Notes: generated by a model from the letters alone, not told the origin. A stretch of DNA of 64,000 nucleotides from an uncultured Pelagibacteraceae bacterium (GCA_902517495.1 CABYCO010000004.1:1267-65266); one strand, 5' to 3'; counted from the stretch's first letter, positions 17,043 through 30,395 are shown. Program-made: numbers and translations.

Positions 17043-20000
17043 ATGAGTAAAGAATTATCAGATCTATTTAAATCTTCAGAAATTTCTGAAGCACAAAATT
17101 TTAATAGTATAAAAATTACATTGGCAAGTCCTGAAAAAATAAAGTCATGGACCTTTGGAGAAATTAAAAAGCCAGAAACTATTAATTACAGAACTTTCAG
17201 ACCAGAAAAAGATGGACTTTTTTGTGCGAGAATTTTTGGACCAATCAAAGATTATGAATGTTTGTGCGGTAAATATAAAAGAATGAAATTCAGAGGAATA
17301 ATCTGCGAAAAATGTGGTGTAGAAGTTACGAAGTCAAACGTCCGTAGAGAGAGGATGGGACATATAAATTTAGCAACACCTGTAGCTCATATTTGGTTTT
17401 TAAAATCTCTACCTAGCAGAATTTCTTTAGTTGTAGATATGAAATTGAAAGAAGTTGAAAGAGTTCTTTATTTTGAAAACTTCATTGTAATTGAGCCTGG
17501 ATTAACAGGTTTAAAGAAAAACCAATTGTTGGGTGAGGAAGAGCTTATCAAATACCAGGATGATTATGGCGAAGAAGCATTTACAGCTGGCATAGGTGCT
17601 GAGGCAATACTGGAAATTCTTAAATCAATAAATTTAGAGGAAGAAAGAGAGCTTCTTATTAAAAATATTAAAGAAACAAAATCTAAGGTTAATGAAGAAA
17701 GATCTATAAAAAGATTAAAATTAATAGAATCATTTATAGAAACAGGAAATAAACCAGAATGGATGATTCTTACTACAGTTCCAGTCATACCTCCTGAATT
17801 AAGACCTTTAGTTCCTTTAGATGGTGGTCGTTTTGCAACATCTGATTTAAATGATTTATACAGAAGAGTTATTAATAGAAATAACAGGTTAAAAAGACTA
17901 ATAGATTTGAAAGCACCCGACATCATTGTAAGAAATGAAAAGAGAATGCTTCAGGAGTCAGTAGATGCATTGTTTGATAATGGAAGAAGAGGTCGAGTAA
18001 TCACTGGAACTGGTAAAAGACCACTTAAATCTTTGGCAGAAATGCTTAAAGGAAAACAAGGAAGATTTAGGCAAAATCTATTAGGGAAAAGAGTTGATTA
18101 TTCAGGAAGATCAGTAATTGTTGTTGGTCCAGATTTAAAATTACATGAGTGTGGATTACCAAAAAAAATGGCTTTAGAATTATTTAAACCATTTTTATAC
18201 GCACGTTTAAATAAACTAGGTTTAGCATCTACTATTAAACAAGCAAAAAAATTAGTAGAGAGGGAAAGAACAGAAGTTTGGGATGCTTTAGAACTTATAG
18301 TAAGAGAACATCCTGTAATATTGAATAGAGCACCGACACTTCATAGACTAGGTGTACAAGCTTTTGAACCAAAACTAATTGAAGGCAATGCAATAGAACT
18401 TCATCCACTAACTTGTGCAGCATTTAATGCTGATTTTGATGGCGATCAGATGGCAGTCCACGTACCATTGAGTCTAGAAGCGCAATTGGAAGCAAGAGTT
18501 TTAATGATGTCTACAAACAATATTTTAAGTCCATCTAACGGTAAACCCATTATAGTTCCGAGTCAGGATATGATACTTGGTATTTATTATTTGTCACAAC
18601 CACCTGTACAAGAGGAAAGAGTTGAGGGATATTTTGTAAATACCTCTGAAATAGAACATGCATTAGAAACAGGACAAATTAAAGTACATTCAAGAATAGT
18701 TTCTAGGTTTGAAACTGTTGATGAAAAAGGAAATACTAAATTTGAAAAGCATATAAGTACAGCCGGAAGATTTTTATTATCAAATATTATTCCTAAAAAT
18801 GAAAATAATAAATTTTCATTGATCGATAGATTGTTGCCTAAAAAAGTAGTTTCAGAAGTAATAGATCACGTCTTTAGATTTTCTGGTCAGAAAAGCACTG
18901 TAATATTTTGTGACAAATTAAAGGATATTGGATTTAAACATGCGTTTAAGGCTGGAATTTCATTTGGAAAAGACGATCTCTTAATACCAAATAATAAAGA
19001 ACAATTAATTGATGAAACTAAAAAACTTATTGCCGATTATGAAGGGCAATATGCAGAAGGACTTATAACAAGAGGTGAAAAGTATAACAAAGTTATTGAC
19101 GCCTGGTCTAAATGTACAGATAGAGTTGCATCAGAAATGATGAAAAGAATTTCTGCAACAGAAGTTACAGATGAAGGATTAAAGATTAATTCTGTATTTA
19201 TGATGGCTGACAGTGGTGCTAGAGGATCAGCGGCACAAATGAAACAATTAGCAGGAATGAGAGGTTTAATAGCCAAACCATCAGGAGAAATTATTGAAAC
19301 ACCAATCACATCGAATTTTAAAGAAGGTCTAACAGCATTAGAATATTTTAATTCAACTCACGGTGCCAGAAAAGGTTTAGCTGATACAGCTCTTAAAACA
19401 GCTAGTTCAGGATATTTGACGAGAAGATTATGTGATGTTGCACAGGATTTGACAGTAACAAAAGTAAAATGTGATAATCCTGGATCAATAGAGCTTTCAG
19501 AAGTTTTAGAAGGTGGAAATATTATGGTAAGTTTATCAGAACGATCCCTTGGAAGAATTACAGCGCAAGATGTTAAAAATCCATTAACAGGGGATGTAAT
19601 AATTAAAAAAGAAGAAATGATAGATGAAGCTGCATGTGAGAAGATAGATGCAGCTGGGGTTAAATTATTGAAAGTATACTCTGTAATGACATGTAGTTCT
19701 AAAGAAGGAGTATGTGCGACGTGTTATGGAAGAGACTTATCTAGAGGTAAAATGGTCCACGTAGGGGAGGCAATTGGTATGATATCTGCACAATCAATTG
19801 GTGAACCAGGAACCCAGTTAACTATGAGAACCTTTCACGTTGGTGGAACAGCTTCTGTTAAACAAGAGTCTCAAATTGTATCAAATTCTGAAGGTACTCT
19901 TAAAATTGTTAATACTAACTTAATTAAAGACTCTAAAAATAATCAAATTGTAATGGGCAGAAATACTGAGATATCAATTGAGGATGATAATGGACTCCAA

Positions 20001-21206
20001 GTTGCATCATACAAAGTTCCTTACGGTTCAAAACTATTTTTTGAAAATGACCAAAAGATTAAAAAAGGTGCAAAAATTTGTGAATGGGATCCATACACAA
20101 CACCAGTTATAGCCGAAAAAGATGGTATAGCAAATTATGTTGATTTAATTGATGGTGTTTCAATTGCAGAAACAGTCGATGACGCTACTGGTATTTCAAC
20201 AAAAGCTGTAGTTGATTGGAAAACACAATCTAAAAATACTGATCTAAAACCAAGAATTACTCTAAGGGATTCAAAAGGAAATGTAATTAAAAAAGCAGAT
20301 GACAATGAAGCAAGATACTATTTAGTTCCAGACTCAATTTTATCAGTTAAAGATGGTGCAAAAATTTCAGCTGGTGATGTAATTGCGAGACTACCTAAAG
20401 AAACAACTAAAACCAAAGATATTACCGGGGGATTACCAAGAGTTGCAGAATTATTTGAAGCTAGAAAAGCTAAAGATAGTGCAATTATTGCAGAAAATGA
20501 TGGTAGTGTTATTTTTGGAAAAGAAGTAAGAGGAAAACAAAGAGTAACAATTGAAGCGGAAAATGGTGATACATCAAGTTACTTAATTCCAAAAGGAAAG
20601 CATATAAACTTTAACCAAGGTGAAAAAATTAAAAAAGGTGAATATTTATTGGATGGCCAACCTTTGCCTCATGATATTTTAAGAATATTAGGAATAGAAG
20701 AATTAACTGAATATTTTGTTAATCAGGTTCAAGATGTATATAGACTTCAAGGTGTAATAATTAACGATAAACATATTGAAACTATATTAAGACAAATGTT
20801 GAAAAAAATAGAAGTAAAGGAAACTGGAGATAGCAAATTATTGCCTGGAGAGATTATAGATAGAATTAAATTTGAAACAATGAATGAGGAATTGGTTGCT
20901 AATGGAAAAAAACCTGCTGTTGGTGAAAGAGTTCTAATGGGTATAACAAAAGCGTCATTACAAACGGAGTCATTTATATCTGCAGCTTCATTCCAAGAAA
21001 CAACAAGAGTATTAACAGATGCTGCAATAAAAGGTAAAGTTGATAAACTTACAGGTCTAAAAGAGAATGTTATAGTAGGTAGATTAGTACCAGCAGGAAC
21101 TGGTGCTATTAAAAATTCTTGGAACAAAAAAGCAATTAATGATGACCAAAAATTTTTATCGGAACAAGAGAGCACTGAAGCTTCAGAAGCACAAATAAAC
21201 CAATAA
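17043..21206 (+). CDS. rpoC: RNA polymerase beta' subunit
   Basis: NADFDGDQM catalytic motif, N-terminal Zn finger. Confidence 0.99.
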   Translation: MSKELSDLFKSSEISEAQNFNSIKITLASPEKIKSWTFGEIKKPETINYRTFRPEKDGLFCARIFGPIKDYECLCGKYKRMKFRGIICEKCGVEVTKSNVRRERMGHINLATPVAHIWFLKSLPSRISLVVDMKLKEVERVLYFENFIVIEPGLTGLKKNQLLGEEELIKYQDDYGEEAFTAGIGAEAILEILKSINLEEERELLIKNIKETKSKVNEERSIKRLKLIESFIETGNKPEWMILTTVPVIPPELRPLVPLDGGRFATSDLNDLYRRVINRNNRLKRLIDLKAPDIIVRNEKRMLQESVDALFDNGRRGRVITGTGKRPLKSLAEMLKGKQGRFRQNLLGKRVDYSGRSVIVVGPDLKLHECGLPKKMALELFKPFLYARLNKLGLASTIKQAKKLVERERTEVWDALELIVREHPVILNRAPTLHRLGVQAFEPKLIEGNAIELHPLTCAAFNADFDGDQMAVHVPLSLEAQLEARVLMMSTNNILSPSNGKPIIVPSQDMILGIYYLSQPPVQEERVEGYFVNTSEIEHALETGQIKVHSRIVSRFETVDEKGNTKFEKHISTAGRFLLSNIIPKNENNKFSLIDRLLPKKVVSEVIDHVFRFSGQKSTVIFCDKLKDIGFKHAFKAGISFGKDDLLIPNNKEQLIDETKKLIADYEGQYAEGLITRGEKYNKVIDAWSKCTDRVASEMMKRISATEVTDEGLKINSVFMMADSGARGSAAQMKQLAGMRGLIAKPSGEIIETPITSNFKEGLTALEYFNSTHGARKGLADTALKTASSGYLTRRLCDVAQDLTVTKVKCDNPGSIELSEVLEGGNIMVSLSERSLGRITAQDVKNPLTGDVIIKKEEMIDEAACEKIDAAGVKLLKVYSVMTCSSKEGVCATCYGRDLSRGKMVHVGEAIGMISAQSIGEPGTQLTMRTFHVGGTASVKQESQIVSNSEGTLKIVNTNLIKDSKNNQIVMGRNTEISIEDDNGLQVASYKVPYGSKLFFENDQKIKKGAKICEWDPYTTPVIAEKDGIANYVDLIDGVSIAETVDDATGISTKAVVDWKTQSKNTDLKPRITLRDSKGNVIKKADDNEARYYLVPDSILSVKDGAKISAGDVIARLPKETTKTKDITGGLPRVAELFEARKAKDSAIIAENDGSVIFGKEVRGKQRVTIEAENGDTSSYLIPKGKHINFNQGEKIKKGEYLLDGQPLPHDILRILGIEELTEYFVNQVQDVYRLQGVIINDKHIETILRQMLKKIEVKETGDSKLLPGEIIDRIKFETMNEELVANGKKPAVGERVLMGITKASLQTESFISAASFQETTRVLTDAAIKGKVDKLTGLKENVIVGRLVPAGTGAIKNSWNKKAINDDQKFLSEQESTEASEAQINQ

Positions 21207-21235
21207 TTTTAGTCACTTTTAAGCTTTTATTTAGT

Positions 21236-21263
21236 TTGACAATTACAATTTCTGATGTAATTT
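21236..21263 (+). promoter_or_regulatory. Putative str operon promoter TTGACA-N16-TAATTT
   Basis: Perfect -35 hexamer in the rpoC-rpsL gap. Confidence 0.5.
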
Positions 21264-21267
21264 GGCC

Positions 21268-21322
21268 ATGTTTTTGGTTGGAATGTAGTGACTAGATCAC
21301 TAAACGCTGCCACAAATAACAC
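21268..21322 (+). promoter_or_regulatory. Structured rpsL 5' leader (candidate r-protein autoregulatory RNA)
   Basis: Inner hairpin TAGTGA-CTAGA-TCACTA (21286-21302) enclosed by imperfect outer pairing; unusually long gap for this genome. Confidence 0.55.
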
Positions 21323-21367
21323 GTCAGTTATTTTCATCAAAAATAAAAATTATTAAAAAAATTTATT

Positions 21368-21739
21368 ATGCCAACTATTAACCAGTTAGTAAGAAAAAGT
21401 AGAGACAAACAAATTACAAGAAACAAAGTTCCAGCTTTGCAAAAACAGCCTTTGAAAAGAGGTGTGTGCGTTAAAGTTTATACAACAACACCAAAAAAAC
21501 CAAACTCAGCATTACGTAAAGTTGCACGTGTAAGATTGTCCAATGGTTTTGAAGTAACTGCTTATATACCAGGTGAAGGCCATAACTTACAAGAACACTC
21601 GGTAGTTCTAATAAGAGGAGGAAGGGTTAAAGATTTACCAGGTGTAAGGTATCATATATTAAGAGGAAATTTAGACACTCAAGGTGTTGCAAATAGAAAA
21701 CAAAGACGTTCTTTGTACGGTACAAAAAAAGGTAAATAA
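21368..21739 (+). CDS. rpsL: 30S ribosomal protein S12
   Basis: [10 protein letters not shown] and [10 protein letters not shown] motifs. Confidence 0.99.
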   Translation: MPTINQLVRKSRDKQITRNKVPALQKQPLKRGVCVKVYTTTPKKPNSALRKVARVRLSNGFEVTAYIPGEGHNLQEHSVVLIRGGRVKDLPGVRYHILRGNLDTQGVANRKQRRSLYGTKKGK

Positions 21740-21742
21740 TAA

Positions 21743-22213
21743 ATGTCTAGAAAACGAAAAGCTCCAAAAAAAATACCTGTAATAGATCCAAAATATAAAT
21801 CAACGATAATTCCAAAATTAATAAATTCAATTATGTACGATGGTAAAAAAACTATCGCTGAAAAAATAATTTATGATGCAATTGATAAAATAAAAACAAA
21901 ATCAAAAGATGAACCATTAAACGTTTTTAATGATGCAATTAATAACATAAGACCTACAGTTGAAGTTAGATCAAGAAGAGTTGGTGGTGCTACTTATCAA
22001 GTACCAGTTGAAGTAAAATCTAAAAGATCACAAGCATTGGCATTAAGATGGTTAGTTGACGCATCAAGAAAACGTAAAGACAAAAATATGTCTGATAAAA
22101 TTTTCAATGAAATATTTGATGCATATCAAAATAGAGGATCAGCAATTAAAAAAAAAGAAGACACTCATAAAATGGCTGAGTCAAATAAAGCTTTTGCTCA
22201 TTTTAGGTGGTAA
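21743..22213 (+). CDS. rpsG: 30S ribosomal protein S7
   Basis: SRRVGGATYQVP and HKMAESNKAFAHFRW motifs. Confidence 0.99.
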   Translation: MSRKRKAPKKIPVIDPKYKSTIIPKLINSIMYDGKKTIAEKIIYDAIDKIKTKSKDEPLNVFNDAINNIRPTVEVRSRRVGGATYQVPVEVKSKRSQALALRWLVDASRKRKDKNMSDKIFNEIFDAYQNRGSAIKKKEDTHKMAESNKAFAHFRW

Positions 22214-22219
22214 ATAATT

Positions 22220-24295
22220 ATGTCAAGAACTCATACTTTAGATAAATATAGAAATATTGGTATCATGGCTCATATTGATGCTGGTAAAACAACCACTACT
22301 GAAAGAATTCTTTATTACACTGGTAAAAGTCATAAGATTGGTGAAGTACACGATGGTGCTGCAACTATGGATTGGATGGAGCAGGAGCAAGAACGAGGAA
22401 TTACTATAACATCTGCAGCCACTACATGTTTTTGGAATGACCACAGAATTAATATAATTGATACTCCCGGACATGTTGATTTTACTATTGAAGTTGAGAG
22501 ATCTTTAAAAGTTTTAGATGGTGCAGTTGCTGTATTTGACGGAGTTGCAGGTGTAGAGCCGCAATCAGAAACCGTATGGAGGCAAGCAGATAAGTATAAA
22601 GTTCCAAGGATTTGTTTTGTAAATAAGTTAGACAGAACTGGTGCTGATTTCTTTAGATGTGTAGAAATGATTAAGGACCGCCTTGGTGCAAAACCTTTGG
22701 TTATGCAAGTTCCTATAGGTATAGAAGCAGCATTAAGAGGCGTTGTTGACTTGATTAAGATGAAAGCAATAGTATGGAAAAATGAAGACCTTGGTGCAGA
22801 ATGGGAATTAAAAGATATACCAGATGATTTAAAAGATATTTCTGCAAAATATAGACAAGAACTAGTTGAAACAGCAGTTGAACAAGACGAAAAATTAATG
22901 GAAGATTATCTTGGTGGTAAGGAGATTTCAGAGGAAGATTTAATTAAATGCGTTCGAAAAGGATGTTTAGGTTTTGAATTTGTTCCCGTGTTAACAGGCT
23001 CAGCATTTAAAAATAAGGGAGTTCAACCACTCTTAGATGCAGTAGTTAATTTTTTACCAAGTCCAAATGATATAGGTTCAATCAAAGGCACAAAACCAGG
23101 TTCTGATGATGAAGTTTTGATGAAATTTGATGATACCGCTCCATTTTCAGCTTTAGCATTTAAAGTTGCGAATGATCCATTTGTAGGAAGTTTAACATTT
23201 ATAAGAGTTTACTCTGGTACTGTTAAATCAGGTACTGGAATATATAATACCTCTAAAGACAAAGAGGAGAGAGTTGGTAGGATGCTTTTAATGCATGCCA
23301 ATTCGAGAGAGGATATAAAAGAAGCAAATGCTGGTGATATCGTTGCTTTGGCAGGGTTAAAGAATACAATTACTGGTCATACATTATCAGACAAAGATAA
23401 TCCTGTTTTGCTCGAGCCTATGGAATTTCCTGATCCTGTTATAGAAATTGCAGTAGAACCTAAAACAAAAGCAGACCAAGAAAAAATGGGTGAAGCCCTT
23501 GGAAGATTGGCTAAAGAAGATCCATCATTTAGAGTAACATCAGATGAAGAGTCAGGCCAAACAATTATAAAAGGTATGGGTGAATTACACTTAGATATAA
23601 TTGTAGATAGAATGAAAAGAGAATTTAAAGTGGAGGCAAATGTTGGAGCACCCCAGGTAGCTTATAGAGAAACAATCTTATCAAACGCTGAAAATGATTA
23701 TACTCATAAAAAACAAAGTGGTGGAGCAGGACAGTTCGCTAGAGTGAAATTATTGGTTGAACCATTAGAACCAGGTAAGGGGAGAGAAATAGAAAGTAAA
23801 ATTAAAGGTGGAGCCATACCTAAAGAATTTATTCCAGGGGTAGAAAAAGGTGTAGAAACAGTTGCAGACGGAGGGATATTAGCAGGATTTCCTTTAATAG
23901 ATTATAAAGTCACAATTATAGATGGTCTTCATCATGATGTAGACTCTAGCGTGCTAGCATTTGAATTAGCATCAAGGCAGTGTTTTAAAGAGGCATGCAC
24001 CAAAGCCACATTAAAACTTTTAGAACCAATTATGAGAGTAGAAGTAGTTACACCAGAAGATTATATGGGTGATGTGATAGGTGATTTAAATAGTAGAAGA
24101 GGACAGATAAGTACACAAGAACAAAGAGGCAATGCAACAGTAATAACAGCGATGGTACCGTTGGCTAATATGTTTGGGTATATTAATAATTTGAGATCAA
24201 TGTCTCAAGGTAGAGCCCAATATTCAATGTTCTTTGATCACTACGATAAAGTTCCACAAAATGTACAAGACGAAGTAACTAAAAAAACAGGTTAA
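22220..24295 (+). CDS. fusA: Elongation factor G
   Basis: [15 protein letters not shown] and DTPGHVDF motifs. Confidence 0.99.
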   Translation: MSRTHTLDKYRNIGIMAHIDAGKTTTTERILYYTGKSHKIGEVHDGAATMDWMEQEQERGITITSAATTCFWNDHRINIIDTPGHVDFTIEVERSLKVLDGAVAVFDGVAGVEPQSETVWRQADKYKVPRICFVNKLDRTGADFFRCVEMIKDRLGAKPLVMQVPIGIEAALRGVVDLIKMKAIVWKNEDLGAEWELKDIPDDLKDISAKYRQELVETAVEQDEKLMEDYLGGKEISEEDLIKCVRKGCLGFEFVPVLTGSAFKNKGVQPLLDAVVNFLPSPNDIGSIKGTKPGSDDEVLMKFDDTAPFSALAFKVANDPFVGSLTFIRVYSGTVKSGTGIYNTSKDKEERVGRMLLMHANSREDIKEANAGDIVALAGLKNTITGHTLSDKDNPVLLEPMEFPDPVIEIAVEPKTKADQEKMGEALGRLAKEDPSFRVTSDEESGQTIIKGMGELHLDIIVDRMKREFKVEANVGAPQVAYRETILSNAENDYTHKKQSGGAGQFARVKLLVEPLEPGKGREIESKIKGGAIPKEFIPGVEKGVETVADGGILAGFPLIDYKVTIIDGLHHDVDSSVLAFELASRQCFKEACTKATLKLLEPIMRVEVVTPEDYMGDVIGDLNSRRGQISTQEQRGNATVITAMVPLANMFGYINNLRSMSQGRAQYSMFFDHYDKVPQNVQDEVTKKTG

Positions 24296-24297
24296 AT

Positions 24298-24606
24298 ATG
24301 GAAAAGCAAAATATAAGAATTAAACTTAGAGCATACGATAATAAAGTATTAGACCAGTCCACAGAGGAAATTGTAAACACAGTCAAAAGAACTGGAGCAA
24401 ATATAAAGGGCCCAATACCACTACCTACAAAAAAAGAAAGATACACAGTATTAAGATCACCACATATTGATAAAAAAAGTAGAGAACAATTTGAAACAAG
24501 AACTCACAAGAGATTAATAGATATTATTGAACCAACACCAGCAACAGTTGAAGCGCTAATGAAATTAGACCTAGCATCAGGAGTTGATGTGGAGATTAAG
24601 ATATAA
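24298..24606 (+). CDS. rpsJ: 30S ribosomal protein S10
   Basis: GPIPLPT and [13 protein letters not shown] motifs. Confidence 0.98.
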   Translation: MEKQNIRIKLRAYDNKVLDQSTEEIVNTVKRTGANIKGPIPLPTKKERYTVLRSPHIDKKSREQFETRTHKRLIDIIEPTPATVEALMKLDLASGVDVEIKI

Positions 24607-25313
24607 TGAGTGAAATTGGATTAATTGGGAAAAAAATTGGTATGACAAGAGAATTCTATAAAACTGGCTTATCTGTTCCGGTAACTGTTTTAAAGGTAGA
24701 AAAAGCAAGAGTTATACAGTTAATAGACAAGCAGAAAAGAGGTTACAATGCTATCCAACTTGGGTTCGGTAAGATCAAAAATTCAAAACTTTCAAAATCA
24801 ATGAAAGGATATTATTCAAAAAAAAATACCGAGGCTAAAAAAATTTTAAAAGAATTTAGAGTTAAAGATCTTGAAAAATATAAAGAAGGAAATGAATTCG
24901 GTATTGAGATATTCAAAGATATAAAATTTATTGATGTAAGATCAAGAACAATAGGTAAGGGTTTTGCAGGAGCTATGAAAAGACACAATTTTGGTGGACT
25001 AAGGGCCTCACATGGAGTTTCTGTATCTCATAGAGCTCATGGATCAACAGGTCAAAATCAAGACCCAGGAAAAGTTTTCAAAGGAAAAAAAATGGCAGGT
25101 CATATGGGTAATAAATTAAGATCAATGCAAAACCTTGAGGTAATTAAAACTGACGTAGATAATGAATTAATTTATTTAAAAGGATCAATACCTGGCTCAA
25201 AAAATAGTCAAGTTTTACTAAAAAAAGCGATTAAAAATATTAAAAGATTGACTATACATGAAAAAATACAAATTTTAGAAAAATCAAAAAAATCAAAAGA
25301 CAAAAAAAAATAA
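24606..25313 (+). CDS. rplC: 50S ribosomal protein L3
   Basis: KKIGMT, GKGFAG and GKKMAGHMG motifs. Confidence 0.98.
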   Translation: MSEIGLIGKKIGMTREFYKTGLSVPVTVLKVEKARVIQLIDKQKRGYNAIQLGFGKIKNSKLSKSMKGYYSKKNTEAKKILKEFRVKDLEKYKEGNEFGIEIFKDIKFIDVRSRTIGKGFAGAMKRHNFGGLRASHGVSVSHRAHGSTGQNQDPGKVFKGKKMAGHMGNKLRSMQNLEVIKTDVDNELIYLKGSIPGSKNSQVLLKKAIKNIKRLTIHEKIQILEKSKKSKDKKK

Positions 25314-25316
25314 AAA

Positions 25317-25937
25317 ATGAAAATTGATAAGATTAATATTGATGGAAAAACAAATCCTATTGAGGTTTCAGACAAAATTGTATCAGCTAAAATAAACCAT
25401 AAATTAGTAAGTAACGTTTTGTATAAAACTAATGCAAATTACAAAGGAAGAAAGGCAAAAACTAAACAAAAAAATGAAATTACTGGCTCGACTGCTAAAA
25501 TTTATGCTCAAAAGGGTACAGGTAATGCAAGACATGCGAGTAAAAAAGCCCCAATATTTGTAGGTGGTGGAGTTGCACATGGACCAAAAGGTCAACTAAA
25601 TTATAAAAAAAGAAAACTCAATAAAAGTGAAAAAAAATTGAGCATAGCTTCCCTAATCACACAAAAAAATAAAGTTAAAGCTCTATTAATATTAGATGAT
25701 TTTAAAAAAGAAATTATTAAAACAAAAGAAATGAACGATTTACTAATTAAGATTCAAGCAAAAAATTCTATTATAATTGTTGATAAAGAGTCTAAAAATA
25801 ATATTTATAAATCAGCAAGAAATATACCAAACGTAAAAGTTACCGACATTAATCACTTTAGCGCTTATGATTTAGCGAAATTTAAAAAAATTATATTTAC
25901 CGAAACATCAATAAAAGAATTGGAAAAAAAGTATTAA
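25317..25937 (+). CDS. rplD: 50S ribosomal protein L4
   Basis: QKGTGNARH and GGGVAHGPK motifs. Confidence 0.97.
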   Translation: MKIDKINIDGKTNPIEVSDKIVSAKINHKLVSNVLYKTNANYKGRKAKTKQKNEITGSTAKIYAQKGTGNARHASKKAPIFVGGGVAHGPKGQLNYKKRKLNKSEKKLSIASLITQKNKVKALLILDDFKKEIIKTKEMNDLLIKIQAKNSIIIVDKESKNNIYKSARNIPNVKVTDINHFSAYDLAKFKKIIFTETSIKELEKKY

Positions 25938-25939
25938 TT

Positions 25940-26233
25940 ATGAACAAAATCCATTTATATGACAAAATTATATCCCCATTAGTTACTGAAAAATCAACAA
26001 ATCTTTCAGAACAAAATAAGATTATATTCAAAGTAAATTCTAAAGCTAATAAGAAAAATTTAAAAAGTAATATAGAAAAAATTTTTAAAGTGAATGTTAC
26101 AAAAGTTAATATTATTAATAAAAAAACTAGAATTAAAACAACTAGAGGTAAAAAAGTTAAAGTAAAAGGATATAAAAAAGCAATAATAACTCTAAAAAAA
26201 GGTCAAAATATAGATCTTACAACTGGAATTTAA
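25940..26233 (+). CDS. rplW: 50S ribosomal protein L23
   Basis: PLVTEKS and KKAIITL motifs. Confidence 0.96.
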   Translation: MNKIHLYDKIISPLVTEKSTNLSEQNKIIFKVNSKANKKNLKSNIEKIFKVNVTKVNIINKKTRIKTTRGKKVKVKGYKKAIITLKKGQNIDLTTGI

Positions 26234-26237
26234 GATA

Positions 26238-27071
26238 ATGGCATTAAAAACATTTAAACCATACACAAAGTCAACTAGAGGAACAATTCTTGTAAGTAGA
26301 GAAGGGTTGTGGAAAGGTAAACCTTATAAGCCATTAACATCTCCCAATAATTCTTCAAAGGGACGAAATAATTATGGAAGAATTACATCAAGAAACCACG
26401 GTGGTGGACATAAACATAAATATAGAAATATAGATTTTCATAGAAAAAAAATTAATGTACAAGCGATAGTTGAAAGAATTGAGTACGATCCAAATAGATC
26501 TTGTCATATAATGCTAGTAAAATTCGATGATGGAGAGAGATTTTACTATCTGGCTCCAAAAGACATTAAAGTTGGTGACAAAATTCAAAATGGATCTGAT
26601 GCAGAAATAAAATCAGGAAATTGTCTTCCTCTAAAAGATATTCCAGTCGGTATTGACATACATAACGTTGAAATTAATCCTGGTGGAGGTGGTAAAATCG
26701 CTAGATCTGCAGGAACTTCAGTCTCAATATCTGGCATAGATGGTAATTATACAATCATAAAAATGACTTCTGGTGAAGTAAGAAAAATTAACTCTAATTC
26801 TATGGCAACAATTGGAGTTTTGTCAAATCCGGACCAAAAAAATATAAAAATTGGTAAAGCTGGCAGATCAAGATGGTTAGGAATTAGACCACATACTCGT
26901 GGTGTTGTGAAAAATCCTGTTGATCACCCACATGGTGGTGGTGAAGGTAAATCAGCAGGAGGCAGACACCCAGTGTCTCCTACCGGTCAATCTGCCAAAG
27001 GTTTAAAAACTAGAGATAACAAGAGAACAGATAAGTTTATAATAAGAAGAAGAAAGAAGAAAAGAGCATAA
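26238..27071 (+). CDS. rplB: 50S ribosomal protein L2
   Basis: IEYDPNR and [12 protein letters not shown] motifs. Confidence 0.98.
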   Translation: MALKTFKPYTKSTRGTILVSREGLWKGKPYKPLTSPNNSSKGRNNYGRITSRNHGGGHKHKYRNIDFHRKKINVQAIVERIEYDPNRSCHIMLVKFDDGERFYYLAPKDIKVGDKIQNGSDAEIKSGNCLPLKDIPVGIDIHNVEINPGGGGKIARSAGTSVSISGIDGNYTIIKMTSGEVRKINSNSMATIGVLSNPDQKNIKIGKAGRSRWLGIRPHTRGVVKNPVDHPHGGGEGKSAGGRHPVSPTGQSAKGLKTRDNKRTDKFIIRRRKKKRA

Positions 27072-27073
27072 TC

Positions 27074-27370
27074 ATGGCAAGATCAGTTTGGAAAGGACCA
27101 TTTGTTGAGGAAAGTTTAATAAAAAAAGTTGAAAAATTAAAAAATGACCCAATAAAAAAACCTATTAAAACATGGTCAAGAAAATCAACAATTATTCCTG
27201 ATTTTGTGGGAATAAGTTTTTTAATTTATAATGGTAAAAAATTTATACCAATAACAATATCAGAGGATATGGTTGGGCATAAATTTGGTGAGTTTGCACC
27301 AACAAGACAGTTTTTTGGACATACTCCTGCAGATAAAAAAGCAAAAGTTGAAGGTGGAGCGAAAAAATAA
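27074..27370 (+). CDS. rpsS: 30S ribosomal protein S19
   Basis: RSVWKGPF and [13 protein letters not shown] motifs. Confidence 0.98.
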   Translation: MARSVWKGPFVEESLIKKVEKLKNDPIKKPIKTWSRKSTIIPDFVGISFLIYNGKKFIPITISEDMVGHKFGEFAPTRQFFGHTPADKKAKVEGGAKK

Positions 27371-27765
27371 TGTCAAAATTAAAAAAACAAGTAGATTCAA
27401 AAATTGTCAAATCAGTAAATAAAAACGTTCGATCTAGCACAAAAAAACTTAATCCAATACTTAAATCAATTGTTGGAAAAAAAGTAGATATTGCAATAAG
27501 AAATTTAATGTTTTCAGACAAAAGAATATCTAATGATATTAAGAAGACAATTTCATCTGCAATTGCAAATGCAGAAAATAATTACCAATACGACATTGAC
27601 AAATTAATTGTTAAAGAAGCTTACTGCGGAAAACAAGTAGTTATGAAAAGATTTAGAGCAAGAGCGAAAGGTAGAGCAGCAGAAATAATGAAACCTTATT
27701 CAAATCTAACTATTATATTAACTGAGCAAACAAAAAAAATGGAGAAACATGGGACAAAAAGTTAA
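27370..27765 (+). CDS. rplV: 50S ribosomal protein L22
   Basis: SAIANAENN and RARAKGRA motifs. Confidence 0.96.
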   Translation: MSKLKKQVDSKIVKSVNKNVRSSTKKLNPILKSIVGKKVDIAIRNLMFSDKRISNDIKKTISSAIANAENNYQYDIDKLIVKEAYCGKQVVMKRFRARAKGRAAEIMKPYSNLTIILTEQTKKMEKHGTKS

Positions 27766-28408
27766 CCCTGTTGGTTTAAGATTAGGCATTAACAGAGGAT
27801 GGGACTCTGTTTGGTATGCCAAAAAAAAAGATTTTGGCAACAATCTTATAGAAGACTTTAGAATTAGAGATTACATAAAGAAAAATGTAGTAAATTCAGG
27901 TGTATCAAAAGTGATGATTGAGAGAACTACTCAAAAGTGCTTTGTAACAATCTATACATCTAGACCTGGCTTTGTAATAGGTAAGAAAGGTTCAGATATT
28001 GAAAAAATTAAAGGAAAATTATCAAAATTAACAGCTAATGAAGTTGTACTAAATATAAAAGAAGTAAAAAAACCAGAAACTAATAGTTATCTAGTTGCTG
28101 AGAATATTGCTCAGCAATTAGTAAAAAGGGTGTCATATCGAAGAGCAATGAAAAGAGCTATGCAATCAGCCTTAAGGTTAGGCGCTAAAGGTATTAAGGT
28201 TTCAATTAGCGGTAGACTTGGTGGTAATGAGATTGCTAGAACAGAATGGCTAAGAGAAGGAAGCATACCTTCACATACATTAAGAGCAGATATTGACTAT
28301 TCAGAAGCAGAGGCTCTAACGACATATGGAATTATTGGTATAAAAATATGGATATATAAGGGAGAAATATTTACCAAAGAGTTTAGTCAAGAAAGAAATA
28401 AAGGATAA
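27749..28408 (+). CDS. rpsC: 30S ribosomal protein S3
   Basis: MGQKVNP and [12 protein letters not shown] motifs. Confidence 0.98.
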   Translation: MGQKVNPVGLRLGINRGWDSVWYAKKKDFGNNLIEDFRIRDYIKKNVVNSGVSKVMIERTTQKCFVTIYTSRPGFVIGKKGSDIEKIKGKLSKLTANEVVLNIKEVKKPETNSYLVAENIAQQLVKRVSYRRAMKRAMQSALRLGAKGIKVSISGRLGGNEIARTEWLREGSIPSHTLRADIDYSEAEALTTYGIIGIKIWIYKGEIFTKEFSQERNKG

Positions 28409-28410
28409 AA

Positions 28411-28818
28411 ATGTTACAACCTACCAGAACAAAATTCAGAAAAGCACATAAAGGAAGAATTCATGGTACTGCATCAAGATGTAATATAATGAATTATGGT
28501 TCATTTGGTCTGAAAGCTGTTCAACCAGAGAGAATTATTTCAAGACAAATAGAAGCAGCGAGAGTAGCTTTAACAAGACACATGAAAAGACAAGGAAGAG
28601 TATGGACTAGAATGTTTCCAAATATACCAGTCTCGAAAAAGCCCACTGAAGTTAGGATGGGTAAGGGGAAAGGTTCACCTGAATTTTGGGCTTGTAGAGT
28701 TAAACCAGGAAGAATACTTTTTGAAGTTGATGGCGTTAGTGAAGAAATTGCAAAAGAAGCGCTATATAAAGCATCAGCTAAATTGCCAATAAAATGTAAA
28801 TTTATAAAAAGAATATAA
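28411..28818 (+). CDS. rplP: 50S ribosomal protein L16
   Basis: RQIEAAR and EVRMGKGKG motifs. Confidence 0.98.
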   Translation: MLQPTRTKFRKAHKGRIHGTASRCNIMNYGSFGLKAVQPERIISRQIEAARVALTRHMKRQGRVWTRMFPNIPVSKKPTEVRMGKGKGSPEFWACRVKPGRILFEVDGVSEEIAKEALYKASAKLPIKCKFIKRI

Positions 28819-28819
28819 G

Positions 28820-29008
28820 ATGAAAAAAAAAGATTTAAAAAAACTTACAAAAGATCAAATGTTAGAAAATTTAGAAAAATTAAAAAAAGACCTATTTAAT
28901 TTCCGTTTTCAAAAAGTTAACGGTCAAATAAAAAGTACAGCACAAATAGCTGAAACGAAAAAAAATATAGCAAGATTAAAAACAATGATAGAGGTTAAAA
29001 ATGCCTAA
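28820..29008 (+). CDS. rpmC: 50S ribosomal protein L29
   Basis: LFNFRFQ and KKNIARLKT motifs; synteny. Confidence 0.94.
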   Translation: MKKKDLKKLTKDQMLENLEKLKKDLFNFRFQKVNGQIKSTAQIAETKKNIARLKTMIEVKNA

Positions 29009-29237
29009 AAAAATTTTAAATGGAATAGTAGTTAGCGATAAACCAAATAAAACTATAACTGTATTGGTAGAAAGAAAATATCAACATCCACTTCTAAAAA
29101 AAGTTATGAAAGCAAGAAAGAAATATAATGCACATGATGAAGATAATAAGTTTAAAATAGGAGATAAAGTTTCGATAAGAGAAAGTAGACCTTTTTCAAA
29201 AAATAAAAAATTTGAAGTTATTGGAGAAATCAAATGA
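29001..29237 (+). CDS. rpsQ: 30S ribosomal protein S17
   Basis: GIVVSDK..KTI, AHDE and ESRPFSK motifs. Confidence 0.97.
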   Translation: MPKKILNGIVVSDKPNKTITVLVERKYQHPLLKKVMKARKKYNAHDEDNKFKIGDKVSIRESRPFSKNKKFEVIGEIK

Positions 29238-29602
29238 TCCAAGTACAGACAGAATTATTGGTAGCCGATAATACTGGAGCTAAAAGAATCGAATGTATTA
29301 AAGTTTTAGGAGGGTCAAAAAGAAGATACGCAAGTATTGGAGATACAATAGTTGTTGCAGTAAAAGAAGCTATACCCAAGGGAAAGGTTAAAAAAGGTGC
29401 TGTTCACAAAGCCGTAGTTGTTAGAGTTAAAAAAGGAATTCATAGAAATGACGGATCAAAAGTAAAATTTGACAATAACGCTGCTGTACTAACTGACGAT
29501 AAAGGAGAGCCTATTGGTACAAGAATTTTTGGACCTGTTACAAGAGAACTTAGAAATAGAGGGCAAATGAAAATTATTTCATTAGCACCAGAGGTTTTAT
29601 GA
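29234..29602 (+). CDS. rplN: 50S ribosomal protein L14
   Basis: VADNTGAK and GTRIFGPV motifs. Confidence 0.98.
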   Translation: MIQVQTELLVADNTGAKRIECIKVLGGSKRRYASIGDTIVVAVKEAIPKGKVKKGAVHKAVVVRVKKGIHRNDGSKVKFDNNAAVLTDDKGEPIGTRIFGPVTRELRNRGQMKIISLAPEVL

Positions 29603-29841
29603 TGATTAAAAAAGGCATGAAAGTTAAAATTTTAACAGGAAAAGATAAAAGTAAAGATGGTGAAATCATAGAGATAGATAGAAAGAAAAAAAGAGCAAAA
29701 GTAAAAGGTATAAATATTGTTAAAAAACACGTAAAAACCACAAAAGAAAAAAAAGGTGGAATTATATCGAAAGAGAACTTTATACACATGTCAAACTTAA
29801 AAATAATTGATGCTGGAAAAAAAGAAGAGGCTAAAAAATAA
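29599..29841 (+). CDS. rplX: 50S ribosomal protein L24 (short, 80 aa)
   Basis: KOW motif [20 protein letters not shown]. Confidence 0.93.
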   Translation: MMIKKGMKVKILTGKDKSKDGEIIEIDRKKKRAKVKGINIVKKHVKTTKEKKGGIISKENFIHMSNLKIIDAGKKEEAKK

Positions 29842-30395
29842 TGGAACCAAGAATTAAAGAAAAAATACAAAAAGAAATAAACCCGAGCTTAAAGGAAATG
29901 TTTGGTTATAAAAATTTATATATGGGCCCAAAAATTGAAAAAGTTGTATTGAATATGGGCCTAGGATTAGATGGTAATGACTCAAAAATAGTAAATTCTT
30001 GTCAAGATGATCTTGCTAATATTACTGGCCAGAAACCAGTGATAACAAAATTTAGAAAATCAATCGCAAATTTTAAAACAAGAAAAAATACAAATTCTGG
30101 CTTGAAGGTAACATTAAGGAAAAATAAAATGTATGAGTTCATTGATAGACTTGTGAATATAGCATTACCAAGAATAAAAGATTTCAGAGGACTTGATCCA
30201 AAAGCTTTTGACAAATTTGGAAATTATACATTTGGTATAAAAGAACAAATAGTTTTTCCAGAGGTTAACTTTGATAAAGTAGATAAAATAAGAGGATTAG
30301 ACATTACAGTTGTAATAAAATCAATCGATAAAAAGCACAGCTTTGAATTATTAAAAAAATTGAACTTTCCATTTAAAGAAACAAGGAGCAACTAA
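29841..30395 (+). CDS. rplE: 50S ribosomal protein L5
   Basis: ITGQKP and LPRIKDFRG motifs. Confidence 0.97.
   Translation: MEPRIKEKIQKEINPSLKEMFGYKNLYMGPKIEKVVLNMGLGLDGNDSKIVNSCQDDLANITGQKPVITKFRKSIANFKTRKNTNSGLKVTLRKNKMYEFIDRLVNIALPRIKDFRGLDPKAFDKFGNYTFGIKEQIVFPEVNFDKVDKIRGLDITVVIKSIDKKHSFELLKKLNFPFKETRSN

Noticed and set aside
21291-21296. ACTAGA in the rpsL leader as another copy of the island motif
   Set aside because: It is a single hexamer without the doublet or flanking sequence and is expected by chance.
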